64,000 nt of DNA from the human T2T-CHM13v2.0 reference genome, Homo sapiens (GCF_009914755.1 NC_060947.1); one strand, 5' to 3'. Shown: positions 1-11,779, counted from the first letter of the stretch. Notes: generated from the sequence alone by a model not told the origin. Numbers and translations are program-made.

Positions 1-391
1 GGTCTTTACTTGCACATCACTTCAGCTACCTACTCCCATGGAAAGGAATATTCTTAACTCTGAAGATGGAAGGTTGCAGAGAAGAATCTGAACCAACAGG
101 ACTTGCTAAGTGTCCCCCAGTTTATTACTATTAGATTATACCCACTTTGTTCAGTTCTGTTTCTCTATGATTATCCACTTCTTCATCAAATCTAGCATAA
201 AAATCCACACATTTCTAAAAAATACACAGGTTTAATGGTTCCTTCAGGTCTTCATTTCCTTAGGAAAGCTCCTGTGTCACATAAAATGTATATTAAATAC
301 ACATGTATGCTTTTCTCTGTTCAGTCTGTCTTTTGTAATAGGGGCCATTAACCTAGGATAGGGAAGAAAAAGATATTTTTCCTCCCCTACA
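1..391 (+). mobile_element. ERV1 MER4-group LTR 3' part (MER34/MER39-like), cut by window edge
   Basis: Ends ...TTTTCCTCCCCTACA; internal GAAGAATCTGAAC..ACAGG..TTGCTAAG and CTCCTGTGTCACATAAAA blocks resemble MER34/39. Confidence 0.55.
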
Positions 392-745
392 CTAGGGACT
401 GAATGTTTTGTGCTTCTAAAGTTTATATTTTGAAGCCCCTATCCCCAGTGTGATGGTATTTAGAGGTGGGGCCTTTGGGAATTAATTAGGTTTAGATGAT
501 GTCATAAGGGTGGAGCCCCCATGATGAGATTAGTCCCTTTATAAGAAGAGGAAGAGACATGAGGTCTTTCTTTCTTTCCACATGTACACACCAAGGACAG
601 GCCATATGAGGACATAATGAGAAGATGGCCATTTGCCAACCAGAAAGTGAGCCCTCACCAGACATCAAATCTGTCAGCCTTGATCCTGGACTTTCCAGCC
701 TCCAGATCTTTGAGAAATAAATGTTTTGACTAAGTCACCTGTGTT
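392..745 (+). mobile_element. MaLR LTR MLT1A-type
   Basis: GGACTGAATGTT start, GGTGGGGCCTTTGGGA, GCCCTCACCAGAC, GGACTTTCCAGCCTCCAGA..GAGAAATAAATG. Confidence 0.8.
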
Positions 746-879
746 TCCCCCATCATTTATTCCTTTCCTCCTGTGATAGTAGAGCAGTGTCTCTCCTCCC
801 TTCTAAAGTTAATTTCTTCATCTGTCTGATCCCCATTTTCTTCACCTTCTATTCACTCACCTATGACAAGTGCTTTCTG

Positions 880-1435
880 TCTGTTTCTACTAGCTTTGTA
901 TCAGCAGCATCAAAACGTGTTCAAGTCATTCAAGCCTTTAAAAATAAACAAATCAACAAGAAAATTTTATTGACCCAAGGTCCCCTTCTGTCTACTGCCT
1001 TAGCTCTTTCTCCCTATTCACAACCAAACCTCTTGAGAGTTGTCTCCTCCTTGATCTCCTCTTCCTCACCTTTGAGCACTCCACTGGAAATGCTCTCATC
1101 AAGGTCACGGGCAGCCTCATTGCTGGTAAACCCCGTGGACATTTTTAATCTATATCTTACCATACCTCTCTGCAGCCTCTGACCACTTGCTTTTGGAAAT
1201 TCTATTTTGCTTGGCTTCTGTGATAACCACCCTATCCGGGTTTCTTTCTTCATCTCTTCTTTCTTCTCTTTGCATAGCCCTCTTCCTCTGGCTGCCCCCT
1301 AAATGTTTGTGTTTCTTGGGAATCTGTTTAGGTCTCTTCTCATTCTACACACTCTCTTAAGGTAATCTCTCCTGCTCCTATGACTAATAATTCTCCTTTA
1401 GATCTGTTTCTTCATCAGATATATTGAGTTCAGAC

Positions 1436-1493
<58 letters not shown>

Positions 1494-1685
1494 ATACCTA
1501 TCTGTCATTTACACTGAATATCTGATAGACATCCAACTCAACATGTACAAAATTGAATGCATCACCCAACTCCCCCAACGTTTCCTCAAACTTCTGTGTT
1601 AATAATTGCCCACATCAGAAACCTTGGTTCAGAATTGTACCTCTTCCCTTCCCTCATCCTCTCTTCAACAGGTCCTGACATTTTT
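880..1685 (+). mobile_element. LINE-2 ORF2 (RT) remnant
   Basis: 1080-1145 translates STGNALIKVTGSLIAGKPRGHF*, followed by a frameshifted YLSAASD; matches the L2 RT motif STETALxKVTNDL...LDLSAAFDT. Confidence 0.75.
1436..1496. repeat. (TA)n(TG)n microsatellite
   Basis: Directly visible. Confidence 0.95.
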
Positions 1686-1691
1686 ACCTGA

Positions 1692-1888
1692 AGAGGTAGT
1701 AGAATATAGTGGTTAAGATCAAGCACCTGCTGCTAGTTGAGAGATCTTGGATAAGTTACTTAATCCCTTTGAGGCTCAGTTTTCTCTGCAGTGACCATGT
1801 TATGGGGTTGTGTGGATCAGGTGAGATAAAGCACGTGAAGCGCATGCCATAGAGCCTGACAAAAAACAAACACTAGCTATTGTTATTC
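1692..1888 (+). mobile_element. MIR SINE
   Basis: AGTGGTTAAGA, core TTGGATAAGTTACTTAATC..GAGGCTCAGTTTTCTC, 3' AGCTATTGTTATT. Confidence 0.75.
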
Positions 1889-1907
1889 ATTACATCCTTA
1901 TATTCTC

Positions 1908-2272
1908 TGCTATGGTCTGAGTGTTTGTGTTCCCCAAAATTTATATTTTGAATCCTAATCATCAAAGGGCTGGTATTAGGAGATGGGGCCTTTGGGAAGT
2001 GATTAAGTCATGAGGACTCTGCCTTCATTAAAATGGGATTAGTGCCCTTATCAAGGATGCCTGAGATAAATCCCTTGCCCTTTCCATCATGTGAGGACAT
2101 GACAAGAAGGTGCCATCTATGAACCAGAAAACAGGCCCTCACCAGACACTGAATCTGCTGGCACCTTGATCTTGGACTTCCCAGCCTCCAGAATTGGGGA
2201 AATAAATATCTGTTATCTCTAAGCTGCTCAGCTTATGGTATTTTGTTAGAACAGCCTGAATGGATTAAGATA
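1908..2272 (+). mobile_element. Full-length MLT1A0 solo LTR inserted in L2
   Basis: TGCTATGGTCTGA...GGATTAAGATA termini; 5-bp TSD TTCTC/ATCTC. Confidence 0.85.
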
Positions 2273-2925
2273 ATCTCTCCAATCTGTATACTTCTCTGTA
2301 TCCTCCAATGGCACTCTTCTAGTTTAGGCCACCTTCATTGCTTACCTGCACTATGGTAATAGTCCTCTGGCTGATTACTCTGTCTCTCTTCTGGTCCTCT
2401 ATCAATCTACCTTCCAAAGTGTAGCCAGAATATACTTCTGAAATGCAAGTTAGATAATATCTCTTCCCTGCTGAAAGCCATTCAATGACTCCTCACTGTT
2501 CTCAGAACAAAAAGTCCAAATGCCCGAACTTCTCCAGTTTTATGTGTACATACAACATCCCTCTTTCTTATCAGGGTCTTTTCACATCCTTTGAGTAAAC
2601 AACCTTTCTCCACTCTTACTCCCCCCTATTTGCCTGATGACTCTTAATAATCTTTTAAATCTCAGTTTAGATATCCCTTCTTCCCTTCCTGGCCACTTGA
2701 GACATATTAGGCACCTTTCTGTACTCCCATAATGCCCCGGGTCTTTCACTCCTTTGTCCACCTGTTGTGCTGAATTAGCATGGCCTATTTATATGCCTAT
2801 CTCTCTAAAACTCGAAGTCCCTGAGGGCAGGGAGTATGCTTTCTCCACCACCACATTTTCAGTACTTAGCACAACTCCTTGCTCATTGTAAGTGTTCAAT
2901 AAATATTTGCTGGATGAATAAAATA
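2273..2925 (+). mobile_element. LINE-2 3' end (continuation of 880-1685)
   Basis: Ends CTTAGCAC...GTTCAATAAATATTTGCTGGATGAAT, the typical L2 tail. Confidence 0.75.
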
Positions 2926-3088
2926 TTATCTAAAGGGCAACAGCCTAATTTAATCTATAAATAATGTCATGTACCAGAATTTCTCGTTCAACTATAAGTC
3001 ACACACCTGTTCATCTTAAAGCTTTTTAAAGCATATGCAAATCAATGTAAGAAGGCAATGTTAAAAAGATGTTCCTTCCTCTCCTAAA

Positions 3089-3215
3089 GAAGTTTTCTCA
3101 TTGGCCACCAGTTGTCACTTTTGTACCACTGCCCCCTCCCCCCAAAACACAAATATTGTTTTCTGGTTGTAAATATCAGATCCTAAATGACAGAAATTCA
3201 GTACCTAGCACAGTA
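3089..3215 (+). repeat. Left arm of a diverged long inverted repeat
   Basis: Aligns to the reverse complement of 4386-4507 and 4053-4080 (see findings). Confidence 0.75.
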
Positions 3216-3860
3216 CTCAGAGAGAACTGTCATTTGGCCTCTGGAGCCAGAGAGAGTCTGTTGTTCCAGAGTACATTTAAAGCAAACTATCATAATGACA
3301 TAATTTATGCACTGCTTGCTATTAAAATGCTGTAAGAAATGTCATGGGTGTAGTTGGTTGAACCCTGGAAGAGAAATCAGAGTAAAGTGAACTGCTGCAA
3401 AGTGAAGATGGGCTAGCCCAGTCCCCCCATAAAAAAGAAAACGTTGATTGCTTCCATCTCCTTGCTTTGGTCATCACAATGTGATTGGTGGGATATATAT
3501 TTGTCTGACTTTTTTTCTGTCTCTCCACTGTCTTTTGAAAAACGTTTTCCTACCACCTCAGGAGTAGGAAAAATGCTGAAAGCCAAGATTTTACAGGCCA
3601 TACTGTGAAATTGGACATGCTTGTGTTGTTTCATGCTTAGAGTATTTCCATTAAAGCTTGGTGAACTCATAACATATTTTTGTCTGTTGTGACATTATTT
3701 TGTATTTCAAAACTCTTACAAAATAATACATGAGACACAGACTGTAGCTAAGAACTGGAAGAATCTTGGACGCATTTCAGAGAAGGGCCACCCAGCCAGA
3801 AGTGTTCTAGGACTTGGGATCTGAACTGGACAGCTGGGATGTATGAATTCCCAGCGCCCA

Positions 3861-3887
3861 GGCCAGTTGGCCAGTTGGCCAGTTGGC
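3861..3887. repeat. (GGCCAGTT)x3.4 tandem repeat
   Basis: Directly visible. Confidence 0.9.
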
Positions 3888-3927
3888 ACTTAAAGGCTGA
3901 GCTGTAACTATAGATAGCTGAGAAGGA

Positions 3928-3955
3928 TGTGTGTGTATGTGTGTGTGTGTGTGTG
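3928..3955. repeat. (TG)n microsatellite
   Basis: Directly visible. Confidence 0.9.
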
Positions 3956-4082
3956 AAGAAAAATATATGCTGATAAAAAGAACTCTCAGACAGCTATTGC
4001 CTCAAATTGTCAAGCCCTCATTTCTTTCAATAAACATTGTATGCTTTCTTTATACTATGATAGACACTGGATTTCCTTCATT

Positions 4083-4385
4083 TCATTTTGTTTATTTATT
4101 TTTTGAGATGGAGTCTTGCTCTGTTGCCCAGGCTGGAGTGCAGTAGCACAATCTCGGCTCACTGCAACCTCCACCTCCTCGTTCAAGAGATTCTCTCGCC
4201 TCAGCCTCCCGAGTAGCTGGGACTACAAGTGCGTGCCACCATGCCTGGCTAATTTTTGTACTTTTAACAGAGACGAGGTTTCACTATGTTGGCCAGGCTA
4301 GTCTCAAACTCCTGACTTCAGGTGTTCCGCCCACCTCGGCCTCCCAAAGTGCTGGGATTACAGGAGTGAGCCACTGCAGCCAGCC
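4083..4385 (-). mobile_element. AluSx-type SINE
   Basis: Full dimer; TSD TGGATTTCCTTCATT (4068-4082) / TGAATTTCTTTCATT (4386-4400). Confidence 0.95.
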
Positions 4386-4507
4386 TGAATTTCTTTCATT
4401 AATCTGATATTTATAGCCAGAAAAATAATAATTGTGAATTTGTGTGTGTGTGTGTGTGTGTGTGTTCGTTCTGCAAAGTGGCAACTGGTGGTAAATAGAA
4501 AAACTCC
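4386..4507 (-). repeat. Right arm of the long inverted repeat, containing (TG)12 at 4441-4464
   Basis: Reverse complement matches 3089-3200. Confidence 0.75.
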
Positions 4508-5070
4508 TGGAACAGTTTGCCTCAGAATATATCCAAATGAATGTCAGATGGTGCGTCCCTGATTCCTCCTCCTTTTGAAGGGTGATAAAATCAGGGCAGA
4601 AAGAATGGCTGTCTTCCTTTCAATCTCATATCTCAGTTGTAATTCATGTCATGAACTACTCAAGTTCTTTTCTGGAAAGAGTGTCGCTTGCTTCAAAACA
4701 GAAGTTTAGAGATCTAGAAGCTCAACAGCTGTGGAATTGCATCTCTTACTCCTATCTATCCCAGCATCACAGACAGGGCAAAGCAGTGCCGAGTACATCA
4801 CAGGAAATAACCCTGTTCCTGGGAAGGGAGTCCAGTCCATGGGCTGGTGGAAAATGTGCTCTATCCTGGTGATACATTTTTTAGTCTTAGAGAAAAATAT
4901 CCTATTTTATGCCAAAAGAAATTTAAGAACTTAACATTATTTGAAGTCAAGGTTACATATGGCTTTTGAAATCCAAATCACAGCGGGACTATTAGAACAT
5001 TCAAGAAAATGTGGATCCATTACAGACTATATTTTCTGAACATTATTTTCCAAGGTTCTGTTGCAGATTT

Positions 5071-5380
<310 letters not shown>

Positions 5381-5514
5381 TATTGCAGATTTAAATTCTG
5401 ACGAAGGTCATGTATGGCTTGACCTGACCTCTGTTTAGCTGACTTTAAAAAGGTCTTCAGTGCATGAGGCATCTGTGTAACCTAGATCGGTGTTTATTGG
5501 CAGAGTTTCCTGAG

Positions 5515-5723
5515 CAGGGATGAAACCAGATTGTGTGGTGCCTAAAGTATTTATAATTTTGGGAGAAGGAGGGGGCTCCCTAAGTAAAATAATACAAAAA
5601 TATCTTACTTTTACAAATTTTACAATGACACATGACCATGTGAACACATTGCTAGGGCCCTTCCCAGTGATGGGTCCTGAAACTCAAGCTACATTAGCTT
5701 CATGGTAGGTAAATCTGCCTGTG
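5515..5723. mobile_element. hAT-Tip100 MITE (Arthur1A/MER69-like)
   Basis: CATGACCATGTGAACACATTGCTAGGGCCC and AAGCT.CATTAGCTTCATGG..TAAATCTGCCT.TG blocks. Confidence 0.65.
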
Positions 5724-6769
5724 TTCCCAGCATTCTGAAAGATGCTCACATGTTGACTAGGAAGGCTGTAGGGAAGGTGGAAAGAGAAATATTGGTGATG
5801 ATGGAGGTCGCTGTATTAGGAACAAACAAACAAACAAACCTCGAGTTGTTTAAATAAATTAGAAATCTTTGTAGTACATGAAGAAGCACTAAATTTCTGA
5901 AAATGTTGAAAGCAAGTTGGGCTCTACCCACAGGCAGTTCTCATTAGATCTGTTGTATGCTTTTGTTCTTCTAGTCTTCGAAATGCCTTTCTGTTTCTTT
6001 GTGATGCTCTATGGATAAAACTAGTATCCTGGATCACTGACGCAATCCAAAATAGCCATTTAAGAAAATCTACATCAGTGAGATAGACTATATCCACACT
6101 AGTGTTCATCTCTGTGAATGCTGTTCTCCTCAGAACCCCAAGGATTCTACTTTCGACTGTTATTTGATTACCTAAAGGAGGGAAAATTGCTCATTCCTTA
6201 AAGCTTATTATTAACTGGCATTTTTAAAGGGTTAGAGAATTTAATGGTGTTACATGAATTCTGATTCATGAAGCTGCTAAAATGGTGCCCTTTTAAAGTT
6301 TACACGTAACCCATGAAGTGGCTATATACACTTTTTAAAGGTCAATATTCTACAAATCATAACACACTAAGCAGCTAATTATTTTGGAAAACTAGGGGAA
6401 ATTTTCAAATATATTTACTGAATGTGTAATCTGTGCACTGCTGGTACCACCATTTTCCAGGAACAGGAGTTGTGTTGGGTTATTTAATCATGTAGCTTTT
6501 GTGGGAAGGAGCAATTTCCGGGGACAATTTCTTCCCTGAAAGGTTTCTAAAATATAAGTGGCTGTTTCTTAAAAGAAACCTGCTGTATGAAAACCCAAAC
6601 TTTATAAAATGGGCAACTTAGGGGGTGATCAATGACAAAACAAGTTATCTTTTTTTAAAATGAGTAGTCCTGGGGTTTCTCTACTGTAGTTCAAATTTGG
6701 TAGGAAGAGGCTTCTTACAGCTATGGCCACCAGCTGGCTCTTGCCCTAGGAAAGCCTCTTCTTCGCCTC

Positions 6770-6915
6770 TCTTAGCCACCATTGTCTCTGACACAATAAG
6801 GACTACTACCTCTTAGATTAGTTGTTTTGAGGATTTAATGAGATAATGTGTGGAAAAGTGACAAACAGAGTGCCTGACATGTGACAGTTACTCCATGAAT
6901 GCTTTTTGAATGTGC
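6770..6915 (+). mobile_element. MIR fragment
   Basis: TTGTTTTGAGGATTTAATGAGATAATGTGTGGAAA..AGAGTGCCTGACA. Confidence 0.7.
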
Positions 6916-6939
6916 TGATTTGAAATATTTCTTTTAAAA

Positions 6940-7197
6940 ACTTGTTTAAAAGGCAGGGTCTTGCTTTATTGCCCAGGACGGTCTTGAACTCCTGGGCTCA
7001 AGCAATCCTCTTGCCTCAGCCTCCCAAGTAGCTGAGGACTAGACGTGCATGCCACCACGTCTGGCTATGTTTTTCTTGTAGAGACAGGGTCTTGCTATGT
7101 TGACTAGGCTGGTCTTGAACTCCTGGCCTCAAGTGATCCTCCTGCCTTGGCATCCCAAAATGCTGGGATTACAGGTGTGAGGCACTGTGCATATCCT
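6940..7197 (-). mobile_element. Old Alu made of two FLAM-like monomers (AluJ age)
   Basis: Both units read GCCCAGG..GGTCTTGAACTCCTGG; no right-arm GGAGTGCAGTGG..CACTGCA block. Confidence 0.85.
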
Positions 7198-7854
7198 TAT
7201 TTTCTTTACTCATTTAAGCACTTGAATTTATCCACTTTTTCCTGTCTCCACTGTCACCCTAGCTCAAGTCATCATCAATCTCTCACCTGTACTTAAAATT
7301 TTTTTTTCCATTTAGGACAAATCTCATGTTTAATGTTTTCTTATGAAAACTTTAAAGCACACAGAAAGATAAAATAGTGTAATGAACACCCATGTATCTC
7401 TTACTAGATTTAACCATTCTTAATTTTTTGACTATTTACTTCATTTTTTTAAATTAAATTACCAAAATAGATGCCTCAATATGACTTTCTAAGAATTAGT
7501 TATTTTCCCACATAACCACAATGGTATTATTACATCTAACAAATGACTAATAATTTCTTAATAATATCTAATGCTCAGTTCATATTCAGGCTTCTCTAAT
7601 TGTCCTCAAAACATTGTTGAAAGGTGATCAAACCAGGAAGAGCCCATCAAGGACTATGTATTGTAATTTCTTTTACTCTCTAGAACATTAGCCTCCAAAT
7701 TACCCCCACTTGTTTTTAACATTAAGTTTTTGAAAAGAGCTAGTCAGTTGTCCTGAAGAATGTCTCACTTTTCTGCACTTTCTGATTGCTGCCTTGTGGT
7801 GGTGTTAAACTTGTTTCTCTAGCATCGGCATTTTCTGCAAACTGGAAGTTAGAT

Positions 7855-7913
7855 CTAAAAGGATCAGCTGGATTAAGGTTGAACCTAAAAGGATCAGCTG
7901 GATTAAGGTTGAA
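7855..7913. repeat. Tandem duplication, 30-bp period
   Basis: CTAAAAGGATCAGCTGGATTAAGGTTGAA occurs twice with no mismatch. Confidence 0.95.
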
Positions 7914-7965
7914 ACTTTTAACCTTAAAATAAAATTTCTGCCTTAAAATATTAGGCAAGAATCCT

Positions 7966-8366
7966 TGTTATGGGCTGAACTGTATTTCCCCAAAATTCCT
8001 ATGGTGAAGTCCTAACCCTAGTAACTTGGGATGTGATTGTATTTGGAGATAGGGCCTTTAAAGAGGTGATTAAGTTAAAACGAGGCTTTCAGGATAGATC
8101 CTAATCTGACTGGTATCCTTATGAGAAAAGAAGATTAGGACATAGAGAGACAACAGGGATGCACACACAGAGAGAAAAGACCATGTGAGGACACAGTGAG
8201 AAGGTAGCTGTCCATGAGCCAAGGAGAGATGCCTCAGAAGACATCAACCCGACCAACACCTTGATCTTGGACTTGTAGCCTCCAGAACTTTGAGAAAATC
8301 AATTCTGGTTGTTAAAAAAACTCAGTCTGCAGCATTTTGTTATGGCAACCCTAGCAAACTCTTACA
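7966..8366 (+). mobile_element. MLT1B solo LTR
   Basis: TGTTATGGGCTGAA...CTAGCAAACTCTTACA; perfect 5-bp TSD ATCCT. Confidence 0.9.
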
Positions 8367-8584
8367 ATCCTCATAGGTAAAATTGTATGCTCATATTACA
8401 TCCCATCAGAAGGTACATCATGTGTGATTGTCCCACCATTAGAGATCCAACTTCTGCCTTGCAAGCAGGAGTTTGTTGGGCAATGCTTTGGCATCTTGCA
8501 AATGTCAGATCTTCATGAGTGTTTCAACCTCATGCTTTTAGCACAGCTTCCACTGATAATCCAGCCCAAAGCAATTATTTTATT

Positions 8585-9405
8585 ATCGCCTGGACTACTT
8601 CAACAGCCTTCTCATTCATCTGCTTCCTTTTAGTCTTACTCCCAGAGTCATTACTAGCCTACATTGTGCCTTTGTATTAGTTAGAAAAAGGAACCCCCTT
8701 TGATTACACAAAACCCAAATCCTGGGCTAATGGCTAGATAAGAAGAGCTCAGGCTGGACTACAGCTTCCACTTACCCCTTAGTAAAGTCCCCTTGTGCAT
8801 GAGCAGCCTGCAAAACCGCACGTGGCAGCCCTGCTTGCTCTGCTCCATTCCATTCTCCAAACAGCAGTCAGGGTGAACACCAGCAATATAATCACATCAC
8901 TCACCTGCTTCAAGGCATTTCAAATCCCCACATTGAACCTAAAATGATAAATCTGTAAATTACCTAAAATTAGGCCCTGCATGACCAACCACCATCCTGC
9001 CTATCTTCTAGCACTCTTGGCCTACTTCACTAAACTCCCGCCCCACCATTCTCCTTGTAGTTTCTCAAATATGCCGCAATTCTTTTCACTCAAACTTGTC
9101 TTTCCTTCTTCTGAAGAGCTCTTGCCGCTCCTCCCCTTTTACCTCCTCTCTTCATCCTAGACCAGATTAGAGGTCTGGGTCTACTTGGCTCTCACAGTGC
9201 CCTGCTTTTTCTCTGTAGCACTTAGCACAACTGTAACTAAATAATTATGCATGTTATCATTTGTTTAATATCTGTTTCCCTAACTAGATTATAAGTTTCA
9301 GGAGATGGAGACTGTGTCTATATTGTTATCATTTTATCCTTAACAACTTACACTACCTAGAACATAGTAGATGCCAACTCAGTGTTTGTTGAATGAACTA
9401 ATGAC
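8585..9405 (+). mobile_element. LINE-2 3' region
   Basis: CCATTCCATTCTCC..ACAGCAG; CTAGATTATAAG.TTCAGGAG; tail GTGTTTGTTGAATGAA. Confidence 0.7.
8643..8833 (-). mobile_element. MER91A-like hAT-Tip100 MITE nested in L2
   Basis: GCCTTTGT..TTAGAAAAAGG..CCCCTT and terminal CCCTTGTGCA...TGGCAGCCCTG. Confidence 0.65.
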
Positions 9406-11467
9406 AGAAAGCAGCATGGCATGGTATACTGCAAAATGGGCATACCGATGTGGACTTCAGAGTGTTATCGGGAGGATTAGATCAAAGAGTACCTACATGC
9501 CTAACACACAGTACGTGTTGAGCACCTAAACTGTTTATAGATTTGGTGAGGCATTTTTTGTTGAATGTATTAGTTAGAGGGGCGAAGTATGAGAAAATAC
9601 TGTATTAGACATCGAAAAGTTATTTGGTATTGTCAACTGTGGCATACCAATATTTGTTCTGTCATGTACATAAAAGCTGTTTCTTCTGACAATAGAAGCT
9701 TCTATTAAACATAAACTCTTCTAGTCAATTTCCAGGTTCTGTGAGGGTACTTTATTTAAGGATCTCAGGAGTAGGCATCATGTCTGTTGGCTGTTTCATG
9801 GTTGAAATATATTTTGGGCGAACAAGATTCTAGTATGGGAGCTGATAGAATTTTTAAAAATCAAGATACTTAATAGTAGTTGAGTAAGAATCTAATTCCT
9901 ATTTTAAGGCGTGGTAAGAATCTTTGAGATATAGGTCAAAACTTGTAAAAATAGATGTTCTATGTAACCCACTAATCATTAGAGCCTAATGGGATCTGTA
10001 AAACATTCTAGAAGAGAAGGCTGGGGGGAGTCACAGCAGAATATGACTGATCTGCATGCCTTTATGAGGAGCCTTTAATCAAAGTTTGCAGTTGCCTGAG
10101 CTTTGAATCCCTCCCTCCAGCCGTCCAGTGATGCCACACTGGTGGCGTTGACCTCAGGGTCATTCTTTTTTAAACAATTATGTTTAATTTGTGAATGCGA
10201 TTTCCAAATGCAAAAGCTCCCCTGCCTTCCCCTGATTTCCCTCTGTGGAAGAATGTGTGAATTCACATGCATCCTGTCCTAACTGTGCAAGGGAAAATTC
10301 CAGTCAGGGGACATTGTCTCACATCCTAGATATCTGAGAGAATAATGAACTGATAACATGAAAGTAGATTTTCTAGCAATAGAGCTTCTTTTCTGAGTGT
10401 GAAAATTGCCAAAGTGTCTTAGGTTATCATCTACTTTACTTCTGGGTTTTGTTTCTCTGACCAGATTGGGCTAAAAGTAAAACAAGAGGTGAAAGCCCTT
10501 ACTTCTGTTTGTTAATCTTTCTTCTTCTATCTTTTTTTAAAGCAGTCCTCTTTTTTCTCCCTCTCTTTTGCCTCAATAGAAAGAAAAAAAAGTTTTGTCA
10601 GCACTCCTGTTTCTTTTGTTGTTTTCTTTTTCTCAGAAGTCTTTTTCTGCTTTTATCCTAATCCCAGTCATGCATGAGAGAACAGTTGTGCTCTGTTGTT
10701 TGGCTGTTCTGCTAGTTTTGAATCAGTGGGACTCCCTCTTTGTTCTCTTTATTTTCTGAACACAGAAAGGTAAAATAGTAGAAATAGGGATTGGAACTCT
10801 TAAGAAGAGAAACCTATATTTATTTAGATTTAATTCATTTTTTGGGCCATGTCAGTAATAATTAAGGAGTTGCAGTGAATAGAACAGGGATCTCAGTTTC
10901 CTTACCTAGAACATTTTGTTTAACTGCTATCTCCGGAAATAATCTATTTTAACCACATGTTTCCAATTTTGACAATTGTTGGAATCTGCTTAATCATTTA
11001 ATGTATGGCTGTTTCTTTCCCACTTGGGCTTGATACATCGTAGCAGTTGCTTTATGATTCAAACACCACCTACCTGAAGTGACAGCTGCATGGGGTTTAG
11101 TATGGACTTCATGATAAGACCATTTTAAAATCACACAAGAAGATCTGGCTGCATCTATCTTTTTCCAGAGCATCAAAGAAGCTCCTGTAGTTTTTAATAT
11201 TTGCATTTTAATTTTTGTGATTTTTAAAAGGCATTCAGAAGTGAGACTTGAACTTAGGATGAAAATGTGAGGGCTTCATCCTTACAAAACAGCCCCTTTC
11301 TGATGTGGTTATCCAACATGGGCTTGCTACAGGTTGTCATGGTGATAGTGTAGGCCTGAAAATTTTCACAGGCTCAAACTATGAAGTTTTTGAAAACTGT
11401 TTTGATTAATTTTTCCTCCACTCCAACTTCTCTCTCACTTCGACTGTTTTCTCTTTTGTTTCACACT

Positions 11468-11490
11468 TGATTTATGGCAGGTTGCTGTCA
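11468..11490 (+). promoter_or_regulatory. Candidate PBX-HOX plus MEIS composite site
   Basis: TGATTTATGG (11468-11477) and CTGTCA (11485-11490) in unique sequence; motif only, no functional data. Confidence 0.35.
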
Positions 11491-11607
11491 TTTAAATAGA
11501 TGTGCATTTTGAAATTCCTCCTTTCTTTGCCAATGCAAAGAAAAAAATAACCCATGCAAGTCATGCTCAAAGAGTTGGTTATTGTTGCTTGCTGGATTTC
11601 GACTCTC

Positions 11608-11779
11608 TGTGGTTGTCGGGCCTAATTCAAAGTAATTCAGGCTCCACAGTGGGGGCAGTGCATAGCTCCACAGGAAATTATGATAGCAAAAGTCTTCCTG
11701 TCGAGCTCTGCACTTGGCACTACAAAGTGCCTCAGGCTGCAGCTACCTGAATAGGGTTGAATTAGACCAGACAACCGCA
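11608..11779. repeat. ~170-bp imperfect palindrome (ancient MITE/Eulor/UCON-like or structured RNA)
   Basis: Outer arms 11608-11641 / 11746-11779; inner arms 11657-11676 / 11695-11714 (18/20 complementary). Confidence 0.8.

Larger units (their letters stand above)
7325..8585 (-). mobile_element. Old L1 3' end (L1MC4/5-like), interrupted by MLT1B
   Basis: AATGAACACCCATGTA, CATAACCACAAT, CAGTTGTCCTG.AGAATGTC, AAACTGGAAGTTAGATCTA motifs. Confidence 0.65.

Noticed and set aside
787-1253. ORFs of 131 aa (+) and 79 aa (-)
   Set aside because: Off-frame or antisense readings of a decayed L2; the true RT frame has stops and frameshifts.
10132-10148. CTCF-like GCCACACTGGTGGCG
   Set aside because: Only half the core matches in either orientation; spacing is off by one.
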